Assembly (NCBI GenBank): GCA_965209035.1
Contig: OZ242372.1
Span: 1,504,001 to 1,568,000, forward strand
DNA from: Gammaproteobacteria bacterium
GTDB taxonomy: Bacteria; Pseudomonadota; Gammaproteobacteria; CBDBNL01; JAAOII01
Direction of reading: 5' to 3'
DNA length: 64,000 nt
The translations under genes and the position numbers were made by a program. Numbering within the stretch: the first letter of the stretch is position 1; every line of letters begins with the position of its first letter. The notes beneath the pieces were generated by a model, which had not been told where the DNA came from, ran no database searches, and saw only the letters and a program-made list of their open reading frames with translations. Positions 49,637 through 58,814 of the stretch are shown here, one piece after another.

Positions 49637-52512
49637 CCATTAATATTTTTTAATAATTGAGTTAGTTCTTCTTTGTTAATTCTTTTCTTGAATACCACTT
49701 CAACTGAATCATTTTGTTGGTTCACAGCCTCAAAAAATTTTGTGGCATACTCAATCTTTCTTTGCTCTTCATCTGGTATCCTGCTTTGACGATCGTATCC
49801 TTTGGTTTCGACAATTAAAAATAATTTCTTGCCCGAATCGCATCGAATATAATATGCAAAATCGGGACTATAAGATTTATAAGGTGTCGGGATGCTTATT
49901 TTTGGCAACTTTGCAAATACTACAATTTTTTTATTACCAATTTTCAGTGGCTCTGTCTTGGCAACTTCTTTTTCTATACTAGAATCATAGACGATCTTAT
50001 CATAAAGATAATTTTCTGCCGGATATTCGGTTTGCTGAGTTACGTATCTGCCAATTTGATGTGCATCTATTTTCTTTTTGCAAATTTTGTATTCTTCATC
50101 TTGATAAAAGATGTTTCTTGCGTTTATGAAAACTTCATTCTCAAAAGCATAACTAATGCTCTGAACAACTACCTTATGAATTTCATCCTTGAAAATTGTT
50201 GTTAACAACTGTTGTGCTCGGGTCGGGTCTTTTTTTATTTTTTCTTCGGATAACATATTAAACATTTCACAACAAAATCGTATTGGTAGATTTTCTCTTT
50301 TGGCAAAGTTACCAATAAAATTTTTGTAACTACTTCTTGTAAAAAAACGGGCATACCCGGTTGGGTTTTCTTCTACGGTTTCAAATCTATTTTTATTATG
50401 ATTATAGACGTGTCGCTTTATTTTCTTTTCCACAGGATGAACATCTTCTCTTTCAAAAGAGCTTCTAACCGAACGAATTAAAGATTTTTCATCAATATTG
50501 TGATACCGAATACGTGCTTTGCGAGTAATGGTTTCCCACAAACTTTCAAATTCTTTAAATTTTTCTTGTCTTATACCAACTTGATTTACTATTCTATTGG
50601 CATTTATTACAGGGAGGTCAACTGCTCTTTTAAATTTTTGTATCAAAACTTCATACATTTCTTTGCCAAAGAGTTTTTGCAAACGTTCTCCTTGTTCTTG
50701 TAAAAAGTCATAGATTGAATCGTTAATCTTCCATATTCCGTCTGCATTGCTGATAGGAGAAATAACATTGGCATCTTCTAAATAGACTATCAAACGACCT
50801 ATGTGAGATTCAGTTAATCCAATTGCTTTCAACATATTCCGGGTTAACTTTTGGTAGGTAATACTATTCCCAACAATCTCATTTTGTATTTCTTCCACAA
50901 AATTTTCTTCTTGACCGGACACAATGATATCTAACATATTGATGTTGTAAAAATTACTTTCATTATTTTCGCAATATCCAATAGTTTGTCGTTTACCTTC
51001 TTGATCGACTGCCAATCGTAATCCTCTGCCCACCTGTTGGCGGCGTGATGTTTCTTGATCGGTTGATGCCAGTTTACATATCGTAAAGATGTTAGGGTTA
51101 TCCCATCCTTCTTGTAAGGCCCAAACTGAAAAAATGAATCTTAAGGGTTCTTTCGTAGATAATAGTTTTTCCTTTTCATTCAAAATTAGATCAACTCCTT
51201 CGGATTCTTTTGTCTCTCTTGAACCCTTGTCACCTGAAAAATATCCTTCGTGAACTCGTAATTGATTATTATCGTTATAGTCTTTTTGTAAATAGTCACG
51301 ATAGGTAGAACTTAATTTTTTCTTTAAAACAACTTTTCTCTGTCTCTTATATTCTTCTTCAAAAATATTTTTGATGCGCGGATTCCCTCCTCTATAATCG
51401 GATATGTTTGGGATGAAAAAAAGAGACAGCGTTTTTATACCTTTCTTAAATAAAATTTCCTCTTTGTTGAAATGAATTTCTATGGCTTGTTTTACCATAG
51501 TATGAATAGACAAGTCATTTAATTGATAATCGTTGGAGCTTAAAGAACGCTTTGTTCCGTTACTTAAAAATACTTCTCTTTTTTTCAAGCGAACAACATG
51601 GAAATCGTGCTCTTTTTTACCTGTGAACACCTCTATATTCTCTTTGCATCTTATATCTCTTACAAATTCTTCACCATCTTTAAAAAAATGAATACAAAGT
51701 GTATTGGGGTTTTTCCCCTTGTAAAATTTAATGCCGGTTTCTCTGTCTATTATTGTGGACACCTTGATTTTTTTTACCAGATAGTCACGAAATGCAGTGA
51801 TGCTATCTAACATATAAACAACATTTGATAACTTGAAATCATTATCAGTAGGGAAAGTTGCCCCAAATCTCAAACACAAAGACTTGGAAAAATAACACTC
51901 ATAAGTATTAACGAAACTGGCTCCTTTTAACAAATGTGGTTCGTCAATAAAAATTACCGGACTGAGTTCACCAATTGCAGATAACGGTGATTTTTGTTCA
52001 TAAAGTAAACTCTCATTTCTACGCCTAAGTTTTCTATCCGCTTCATTGTTTCCTGTTATAGAAGCACTTGTTAATATTAAGACTGAAAATTCTTGTTTAT
52101 TACGGATATAATCCAATACCTGATTTAATCCACTCTTATCACCATAAATGTGCTTTTTGATGCGTACATGGTATTCATGAAAAAAGTAATCGGATGTTAA
52201 ATCAATGTTTTGAAGGATGCAACTCTTAATAGCAAGGCGTGGAACAAAAACAACAAACTTATTGATGCCGTAATTTTTATTCATTTCATACATAGTTTTT
52301 AGGTAAGTAAAGGTTTTACCTGTTCCTGTTTCCATTAGAACATCTAATCGAGATTTTGTACTTAAATGGCTTTCTGGAATATTTTCTTTTTGTTGTAATT
52401 CTTTGATGCTTTCTTTAAGAGATGAAAAATCTCTCAAATTATCCGTAGATTCAAGGATTTTCATAATATTGTTTACACAATCCTCTTGGTATTTTTGCTT
52501 TTCAAATAACAT
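49630..52512 (-). CDS. Type III restriction endonuclease (Res)
   Basis: METGTGKT, IDEPH, QEGWDNPN, QQVGRGLRL, C-terminal PDF...IVETK. Confidence 0.93.
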   Translation of the reverse strand: MLFEKQKYQEDCVNNIMKILESTDNLRDFSSLKESIKELQQKENIPESHLSTKSRLDVLMETGTGKTFTYLKTMYEMNKNYGINKFVVFVPRLAIKSCILQNIDLTSDYFFHEYHVRIKKHIYGDKSGLNQVLDYIRNKQEFSVLILTSASITGNNEADRKLRRRNESLLYEQKSPLSAIGELSPVIFIDEPHLLKGASFVNTYECYFSKSLCLRFGATFPTDNDFKLSNVVYMLDSITAFRDYLVKKIKVSTIIDRETGIKFYKGKNPNTLCIHFFKDGEEFVRDIRCKENIEVFTGKKEHDFHVVRLKKREVFLSNGTKRSLSSNDYQLNDLSIHTMVKQAIEIHFNKEEILFKKGIKTLSLFFIPNISDYRGGNPRIKNIFEEEYKRQRKVVLKKKLSSTYRDYLQKDYNDNNQLRVHEGYFSGDKGSRETKESEGVDLILNEKEKLLSTKEPLRFIFSVWALQEGWDNPNIFTICKLASTDQETSRRQQVGRGLRLAVDQEGKRQTIGYCENNESNFYNINMLDIIVSGQEENFVEEIQNEIVGNSITYQKLTRNMLKAIGLTESHIGRLIVYLEDANVISPISNADGIWKINDSIYDFLQEQGERLQKLFGKEMYEVLIQKFKRAVDLPVINANRIVNQVGIRQEKFKEFESLWETITRKARIRYHNIDEKSLIRSVRSSFEREDVHPVEKKIKRHVYNHNKNRFETVEENPTGYARFFTRSSYKNFIGNFAKRENLPIRFCCEMFNMLSEEKIKKDPTRAQQLLTTIFKDEIHKVVVQSISYAFENEVFINARNIFYQDEEYKICKKKIDAHQIGRYVTQQTEYPAENYLYDKIVYDSSIEKEVAKTEPLKIGNKKIVVFAKLPKISIPTPYKSYSPDFAYYIRCDSGKKLFLIVETKGYDRQSRIPDEEQRKIEYATKFFEAVNQQNDSVEVVFKKRINKEELTQLLKNINGC

Positions 52513-52535
52513 TGTTTTCTATTTTATAGTGCGCG

Positions 52536-52762
52536 AATTCAAACCACTAACGCAACACCTTTTGTTATATTGTATCCCTTGCCGCCAATTAATAAACCCG
52601 GAAAATCTTTTTGATTCCCGGTTGGCAAAAATTCCCGGCAAGGTTATGCCGGCACAAACTGAAGAATCTTCAAAAGATTCGGCATCTCATTAATTTCACG
52701 GGAATGCTCTCTAACGACTTTGCACGCAAATACAAAACATACCCGGCAGGGTGGGTTCATAT
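52536..52762 (+). repeat. Composite repeat A+B; A recurs at 54135-54299 and B at 55523-55611
   Basis: AATTCAAACCACTAACG...TTTTTGATTCCCGGTTGGCAAAAA...GCCGGCACAAACTGAAGAATCTTCAAAAGATTC occurs twice; CGGCATCTCATTAATTTCACGGG...GGCAGGGTGRGTTCATA occurs twice. Confidence 0.9.
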
Positions 52763-52955
52763 TAAAAGTATCCCGGCGTTCAAAACCAAACTCGTTGACC
52801 GGCCGGTTTGGTATAATTTCGAAAGTTCCCATCATGAGGCTCACAAACAACTCTCGTCGATCCAATTCGGACAACAACAGAAAAATACAAAACCGGTTGG
52901 GATGATACACAGAGATATTAAAACAATTTGAGACCTCTGTTAAGAAGCATATCAA

Positions 52956-54149
52956 ATGAAAAACATCCGGGTAGAAATTAAAGGTCAGGTCTTTACACCG
53001 GCAGAAATTGTGTTGCGTATGATTTCTTTAAGAAAGAACAAAGGCAATGTCCTGGAACCGAGTGCGGGAGACGGCGCTTTTTCAAGACATTTTAAGAAGG
53101 ATGTTGTAGTGTCTGTTGAAAAAGAGAAGGCGGTCATTAAAGATAAGGGAACATTAAATATGGACTTTTTTGATTTCCCAACAAAAGAAAAGTTTGATAC
53201 TATTATCGGGAATCCTCCGTATGTCAAACACAATAATATTGAAGGTGACACCTTGCGGAAATTGGATTATACTTTTTTTGACAAAAGAACCAACTTGTAT
53301 TTATTTTTCATTGAAAAATGCTTAAGACATTTGAGAAAAAAAGGGGAAATGATTTTGATTGTTCCAAGAGAATTTATTAACTTAACAAGCGCTAAAAAAT
53401 TGAATGAATTATTATGTGCAAAAGGAACAATCACCGATTATATCGACCTGGGGGATCAAAAAATATTCGCCGACGCATGTCCCAATGTGGCAATTTTTAG
53501 ATTTCAAAAAGATTGTTTTGACAGGAAAACAAACAGGAGTCTCACTTTTAATTGTATCAACGGCAAGATTTTATTTACAGGCTGCGAGAACAAGATGACT
53601 CTGGGCGAACTCTTTGATGTGAAGGTTGGGGCGGTGAGCGGTGCGGATAGTATTTTTACCGATGATAGCGGTAACGCTTCTTTTGTTTGTTCATATACGG
53701 CAAAAACCGGGAAAACCAAGAGAATGTTTTTTAATGTTAAGCATAGAAAACTTTCCTCCCACAAAGAAGCATTACTCAAAAGAAAAATTAAGAAGTTTGA
53801 TGAGAAAAACTGGTATATGTGGGGCAGAAATCATTTTATTTCCAATGAACCGAGAATATATGTAAATTGCAAGACACGCAATAAAACTCCTTTTTTTACA
53901 CACAGATCCGAATACTATGACGGCTCGGTTCTGGCTTTGTTCCCCAAAAGAGAGATGAACATAAAGAGATATATTGATATCCTTAATAAGGTTGATTGGG
54001 AAAAACAAGGGTTTGTTTGTAATGGCAGATATCTGTTTACACAAAGAAGTTTGACAAATGCTCTTATAAAAAGATCGCATGTGGGACCTGATGCCGGATT
54101 GTTCACGCAAAGAAGCTTAACAAATACTCTGTTCAATTCAAACCACTAA
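52956..54149 (+). CDS. N6-adenine DNA methyltransferase (gamma class)
   Basis: GQVFTP, LEPSAGDG, IIGNPPYV; from memory resembles H. pylori HP0910-type MTases (unverified). Confidence 0.9.
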   Translation: MKNIRVEIKGQVFTPAEIVLRMISLRKNKGNVLEPSAGDGAFSRHFKKDVVVSVEKEKAVIKDKGTLNMDFFDFPTKEKFDTIIGNPPYVKHNNIEGDTLRKLDYTFFDKRTNLYLFFIEKCLRHLRKKGEMILIVPREFINLTSAKKLNELLCAKGTITDYIDLGDQKIFADACPNVAIFRFQKDCFDRKTNRSLTFNCINGKILFTGCENKMTLGELFDVKVGAVSGADSIFTDDSGNASFVCSYTAKTGKTKRMFFNVKHRKLSSHKEALLKRKIKKFDEKNWYMWGRNHFISNEPRIYVNCKTRNKTPFFTHRSEYYDGSVLALFPKREMNIKRYIDILNKVDWEKQGFVCNGRYLFTQRSLTNALIKRSHVGPDAGLFTQRSLTNTLFNSNH

Positions 54150-54431
54150 CGTAATACTTTTCGCAACACCTTTTGCGATACTGCATTCCCAGCCGTTAAG
54201 TATTAACTCCCGGCAGATATTTTTGATTCCCGGTTGGCAAAAATTTCCGGCGGGGTTATGCCGGCACAAACTGAAGAATCTTCAAAAGATTCGACATCTT
54301 CTTATGCTTAGCATTTACTTGGCATTTTGAAAAAAACCCAAACAGAGACTCTGCCGCAGCTTGGGGGAATTTGTCCCGATTGTTTTTTCTAATTTCCGCG
54401 ACTATGGAACAATCCGACTACCGAACTGCCG

Positions 54432-55229
54432 TTACTTGATTTTCTTTTTGGGTTTTGAGCGCACTTTTTTTGTGCTTTTTTCTTCTTTCCCTTTTTTTAT
54501 TCTGGAGCGGACATAATGCCAAAGTTTGTTCGTGCTAGTCCCTCTGTCTAAGAAAATTGCTGTGATCCCAAATAACAGTAAGGCCATTGCAATTACTACG
54601 ACCAAAAGAATAATTGGATAAGCGAATCCTTGTCCCATGAATTTTTCAAGCGGTTTAAAGGAACTGTTGAGAGGACCCGGCGACTCTATCAAAAAGAGAG
54701 AAATGCCGAATATAATCAATGCTATAAAAATACCAATGAAAATAACAAAGTCTGAGTCTTTTAGAAAATCATGCTTTATCAATCGATCGCCGATCTTCGA
54801 GAACAATTTTCTTAATGAGAAGAACCCTACGCTCACCGCAAGACCTATGAAGACAGCCTCAAATAATAATCGCCGAATGCTGATATGACTAATATTATCC
54901 TTGTCTAATCGATCGGTTTCGCCCAGCCAATAATAGATGACTAACCCGGCTGCCACACCGCATGCAAGATGGAAAAATCGCTTTTCGGTATTGATGTACT
55001 TGTAGACACTTTTAAAATTTGTGAAACCGACGCTTATGAAAAAAGTAATCACTACTGTAAAGAGTATGGTAATGGTGATATAGTTTTTAGAGCCGATGTC
55101 TCCGAATAGTTTATCCAAAGACACATTAGAGATAGTAACGAACAAACCCGTAAAGGCGGTAACGACCAACAGTCCATGGCGCATCAAATTCAGCCATGCG
55201 GATGCTCGGTTTTTCTTTATCGGTGCCAT
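54432..55229 (-). CDS. Hypothetical multi-pass membrane protein in the R-M island
   Basis: About 6 hydrophobic segments, lysine-rich tail, low GC. Confidence 0.7.
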   Translation of the reverse strand: MAPIKKNRASAWLNLMRHGLLVVTAFTGLFVTISNVSLDKLFGDIGSKNYITITILFTVVITFFISVGFTNFKSVYKYINTEKRFFHLACGVAAGLVIYYWLGETDRLDKDNISHISIRRLLFEAVFIGLAVSVGFFSLRKLFSKIGDRLIKHDFLKDSDFVIFIGIFIALIIFGISLFLIESPGPLNSSFKPLEKFMGQGFAYPIILLVVVIAMALLLFGITAIFLDRGTSTNKLWHYVRSRIKKGKEEKSTKKVRSKPKKKIK

Positions 55230-55753
55230 TACAGAGGGTATTAGTATTGAATGCGAATGATTATTTTATCCGGTTGTAAGTTTCATAATGCAAAGCACAC
55301 CCTAACTGCCGGCAATCGTCAAGATTTCCGAGGGCATAACTCAAAGAAGAAAGTAATTCAATCATTGTTTTTTATTGATTTTTATTATACTGTCAAACTA
55401 AAAAATACGGTCGCTTTTTTGCGAAATTTTTATAAAGAGCAACTCCCTCATTAAAGCACCGGGTGCGAAGAGAACAGCACAGCAGCCGAACGAAAATATT
55501 CAAACAGCCGTTCACTAACATCCGGCATCTCATTAATTTCACGGGGTAATGAGGATGCTCCCCAACACTTGGCACGCAAATGCAAAACATACCGGGCAGG
55601 GTGAGTTCATACACTGTTTGCTTCTTTTTATATGGTTGTTTATAATGTTGATTATTGGCAGGTATTCGTTTGCACCCGATTGAATCGGAACCGATAAAGT
55701 ACCGCACCGGTTAATTGAATTTACAAAAACAAAATGGACGAGATAGCATTATT

Positions 55754-56380
55754 ATGAAGGAGTTATTTTCCACCCACTCGGATAAAATTAAGAGGGTGTT
55801 GCCTATTTTGTTTAAGATGGCCGATTTGGAATGCAGCAGAGGCGGTAAGTTGGGAATGGAAATTGGCAATATGCGCGAAAAAATTTTGATAGCCCTGTAT
55901 ATCCATGTGTTTGGCAAAGAATGCGTATCCTTACCGTCGACTACCAAACCGGAAACAGATATATATGTGAAAGACACACCGATTTCCATTAAAACAAAAA
56001 CAGGCCCCGGCTATTCGGGTGTCAAATTAAGTTGGACGGTAGACAGGATTAAGGCGGAAGAATTTTGTCGCACTTATTTTCCGACATCCAACATTTTGTT
56101 TGTTAGGATAGAACGGGGGAAGCCGGGCGATTTTTGCTATATTCCTTTGGAGGTGCAGTTGGATGTGTTAAAGGAAAAAGGAGTGAATGCTTATTTAAAG
56201 AAGCCCAAAGAAGGGACAAATCCGAGAGGTGTTGAAATCTCGGCTGCTTGCTTAAAATTCTTGAAAGAACATAAAAAAACACATTGTTTGGTGATTGATT
56301 GGACAAGTGATCGGATTCCGGGAGAAGAGGATCCCTTATATAAATATGAACATTGGTTGAAACTATGGCGCAATCTATAA
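55754..56380 (+). CDS. ThaI-family type II restriction endonuclease
   Basis: GKLGMEIGNMREKILIAL..FG, PETD..ISIKT, GTNPRGVE; overlaps the downstream MTase. Confidence 0.75.
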   Translation: MKELFSTHSDKIKRVLPILFKMADLECSRGGKLGMEIGNMREKILIALYIHVFGKECVSLPSTTKPETDIYVKDTPISIKTKTGPGYSGVKLSWTVDRIKAEEFCRTYFPTSNILFVRIERGKPGDFCYIPLEVQLDVLKEKGVNAYLKKPKEGTNPRGVEISAACLKFLKEHKKTHCLVIDWTSDRIPGEEDPLYKYEHWLKLWRNL

Positions 56381-57384
56381 AAACGAAGACAAGCAGTTTT
56401 GGCACTGTGAGTCGGCGCGGGCATGACTCCAAACCGTTTTACGCGAAACGCCTTTACGCCGAGTTGCCCAAGGCAAAGCAGCCTGATGCTTCCGATCCTT
56501 CCGGTGCTTCATTATTGGAAAAGACCAAGAAAAATATAAAGAGCACACGGAAAACAGTCGGAGGTAAGAGTCGGCAGCCGGCAAGTTCTGTTAAAAAAAC
56601 ACAACAGCTTCCCCAACCGCAGGATGTCGGTCGCATAGAAAAGGGGGCTCTTTATTGCCGGGACAGCCGCGATATGCGCGAGTTGGCGGATGAATCTGTG
56701 GGGCTGATGATTACCTCGCCGCCGTATAACGTCGGCAAGGAATATGATGAAGATCTGTCGCTGGGCGAATATACGAAACTGCTGCGGGATGTTTTTGGAG
56801 AAACTTGGCGTGTGCTGGAAGTGGGCGGGCGTGCGTGCATTAATATTGCCAACATCGGTCGCAAGCCCTATATTCCGTTGCATGCGATGATTATTGAAAT
56901 GATGCGGGATCTGGGTTATGTGATGCGCGGTGAGATCATCTGGGACAAGGACGCCAGTGCCGGCTCGTCCTGTGCTTGGGGCAGTTGGCGTTCCGCCGCC
57001 AATCCGGTTCTGCGGGATCTGCACGAGTACATTCTTGTTTACAGCAAAGAAGACCTTGCCCGTGCCCATTCGGGCGAATCTACGATTGGTAAGGAGGATT
57101 TTTTAATGGCAACCAGAAGTGTTTGGCGTTTTCCGGCGGCAAGTGCCAGGCGTCTCGGGCATCCCGCCCCTTTCCCGGAGGAGTTGCCGCGGCGCTTGAT
57201 AGAATTGTATAGTTTTAAGGATGACTTGGTGTTGGACCCTTTTGTCGGCAGCGGCACGACTTGTCTGGCGGCGGCGCGCGGCGACAGGCGATATGTCGGT
57301 TATGATGTTTCCGCGGAATATATTTCTTTGGCACAGAAAAGGCTGGACGAATGGGGCGAACAAGCCGAAATTGGGTTATACTAA
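56365..57384 (+). CDS. N4-cytosine DNA methyltransferase (beta class)
   Basis: ITSPPYN, HPAPFP, LDPFVGSGTT, YVGYD. Confidence 0.9.
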   Translation: MAQSIKTKTSSFGTVSRRGHDSKPFYAKRLYAELPKAKQPDASDPSGASLLEKTKKNIKSTRKTVGGKSRQPASSVKKTQQLPQPQDVGRIEKGALYCRDSRDMRELADESVGLMITSPPYNVGKEYDEDLSLGEYTKLLRDVFGETWRVLEVGGRACINIANIGRKPYIPLHAMIIEMMRDLGYVMRGEIIWDKDASAGSSCAWGSWRSAANPVLRDLHEYILVYSKEDLARAHSGESTIGKEDFLMATRSVWRFPAASARRLGHPAPFPEELPRRLIELYSFKDDLVLDPFVGSGTTCLAAARGDRRYVGYDVSAEYISLAQKRLDEWGEQAEIGLY

Positions 57385-57389
57385 ATAGC

Positions 57390-57414
57390 GGGAAGAGACC
57401 CTTTTCCCTTTTTT
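57390..57414 (+). terminator. Possible intrinsic terminator after the MTase
   Basis: GGGAAGA-GACCC-TTTTCCC followed by T6. Confidence 0.5.
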
Positions 57415-57441
57415 AATGAGACTTTAAAACAATAACCATTA

Positions 57442-58779
57442 GTGGAAATGCAAATGAAAACAAACGCACAAATGAACGAACAGACGGCTGAAACAGCCGA
57501 TTACAAAATAGCAAACCCGGAACTTGCCGAATGGGGACGCAAGGAAATTGGGTTGGCGGAAATAGAAATGCCCGGTTTGATGGCACTGCGGGCGGAATAT
57601 GGCAATACCGCTCCGCTGAGCGGGGCGCGGATTACCGGTTGTCTGCATATGACCGTGCAGACGGCGGTTTTGATAGAGACGCTGCAACATTTGGGGGCGG
57701 AGATCCGTTGGTCTTCTTGTAATATTTTTTCCACCCAGGACGAAGCGGCGGCGGCGGTGGCGGTTGCCGGGACTCCCGTTTTTGCCTGGAAAGGAGAGAG
57801 CGAGGAAGAATACGAATGGTGTATTCGCAAAACCCTTGAAGGGCCGGGTGGTTGGAAGCCGAATATGCTGTTGGACGACGGCGGTGATCTGACGCAAGTG
57901 GTGCATCGGGACTATCCGCACTTGCTTAAAGAAATTCGCGGTCTGTCGGAAGAGACGACAACGGGCGTACGCGTTCTTTGGGAGATGGAAAAGAAGGGCA
58001 CCTTGGGTGTGCCGGCGATGAATGTCAATGATTCTGTTACCAAGTCCAAGTTTGATAATCTTTACGGTTGTCGGGAATCTTTGATGGACGGGATTAAGCG
58101 CGCGACGGATCTGATGATTGCCGGCAAGCGGGCATTGGTGATCGGTTACGGTGATGTGGGCAAGGGTTGTGCCCAGTCTCTGCGCGGCCTGGGGGCAATC
58201 GTGCAGATTGCGGAAATAGATCCCATTTGTGCTTTGCAAGCGGCCATGGAAGGTTACCGTGTTGTGCGTTTGGAAGATGTTGTGGAAGACACGGATATCT
58301 TCATTACGGCCAGCGGTAATATGCGGGTGATTGCCGCGGAGCAGATTTTGCGTATGAAGAATCATGCTCTCATCGGTAACATTGGCCATTTTGATACGGA
58401 AATAGAAATCACCGAATTGCGCGCGTATCCTTGGGAGAACATTAAACCGCAGGTGGACAAGGTGTGCTTACCCAACGGCAAGAATGTTATTTTGCTTGCC
58501 GAAGGTCGGCTGCTCAATCTTTCCTGTGCGACCGGCCATTCCAGTTTTGTGATGTCCACTTCTTTTACCAATCAGGTCTTGGCACAAATAGAACTTTGGA
58601 AAAATCATACCAAGTATGAAAAGAAGGTTTATACGCTGCCGCGTCTCTTGGACGAGAAGGTTGCCCGGTTACATCTTGACAAGTTGGGGGTTGCTCTGAC
58701 AAAGTTGACCAAGGAGCAATCCGAGTATCTTGGCATCCCGATAGACGGTCCTTATAAGACGGACGACTATAGATATTAG
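57442..58779 (+). CDS. ahcY: Adenosylhomocysteinase
   Basis: [48 protein letters not shown]. Confidence 0.97.
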   Translation: MEMQMKTNAQMNEQTAETADYKIANPELAEWGRKEIGLAEIEMPGLMALRAEYGNTAPLSGARITGCLHMTVQTAVLIETLQHLGAEIRWSSCNIFSTQDEAAAAVAVAGTPVFAWKGESEEEYEWCIRKTLEGPGGWKPNMLLDDGGDLTQVVHRDYPHLLKEIRGLSEETTTGVRVLWEMEKKGTLGVPAMNVNDSVTKSKFDNLYGCRESLMDGIKRATDLMIAGKRALVIGYGDVGKGCAQSLRGLGAIVQIAEIDPICALQAAMEGYRVVRLEDVVEDTDIFITASGNMRVIAAEQILRMKNHALIGNIGHFDTEIEITELRAYPWENIKPQVDKVCLPNGKNVILLAEGRLLNLSCATGHSSFVMSTSFTNQVLAQIELWKNHTKYEKKVYTLPRLLDEKVARLHLDKLGVALTKLTKEQSEYLGIPIDGPYKTDDYRY

Positions 58780-58814
58780 ATCTTAATCTCTAATCCTTAA
58801 TTCTCCCCGTTGGG

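Noticed and set aside
52611-52931. 106-aa ORF as remnant of a nuclease cognate to the 52956 MTase
   Set aside because: Its 5' half is repeat A/B and I recognise no catalytic motif; a tBLASTn of 52760-52930 would be needed.
54143-54262. Integron attC site (CTAAC...GTTATGC)
   Set aside because: Ends pair only at TAAC/GTTA, the interior lacks the extended dyad, and no intI is present; kept only as a generic repeat.
57385-57450. SAH riboswitch before ahcY
   Set aside because: The intergenic gap is under 60 bp and only a terminator-like hairpin is visible.
57439-58389. Long antisense ORFs (also 14244-15362, 37121-37942, 38381-39307, 10027-10743)
   Set aside because: Shadow frames of clear genes on the opposite strand.
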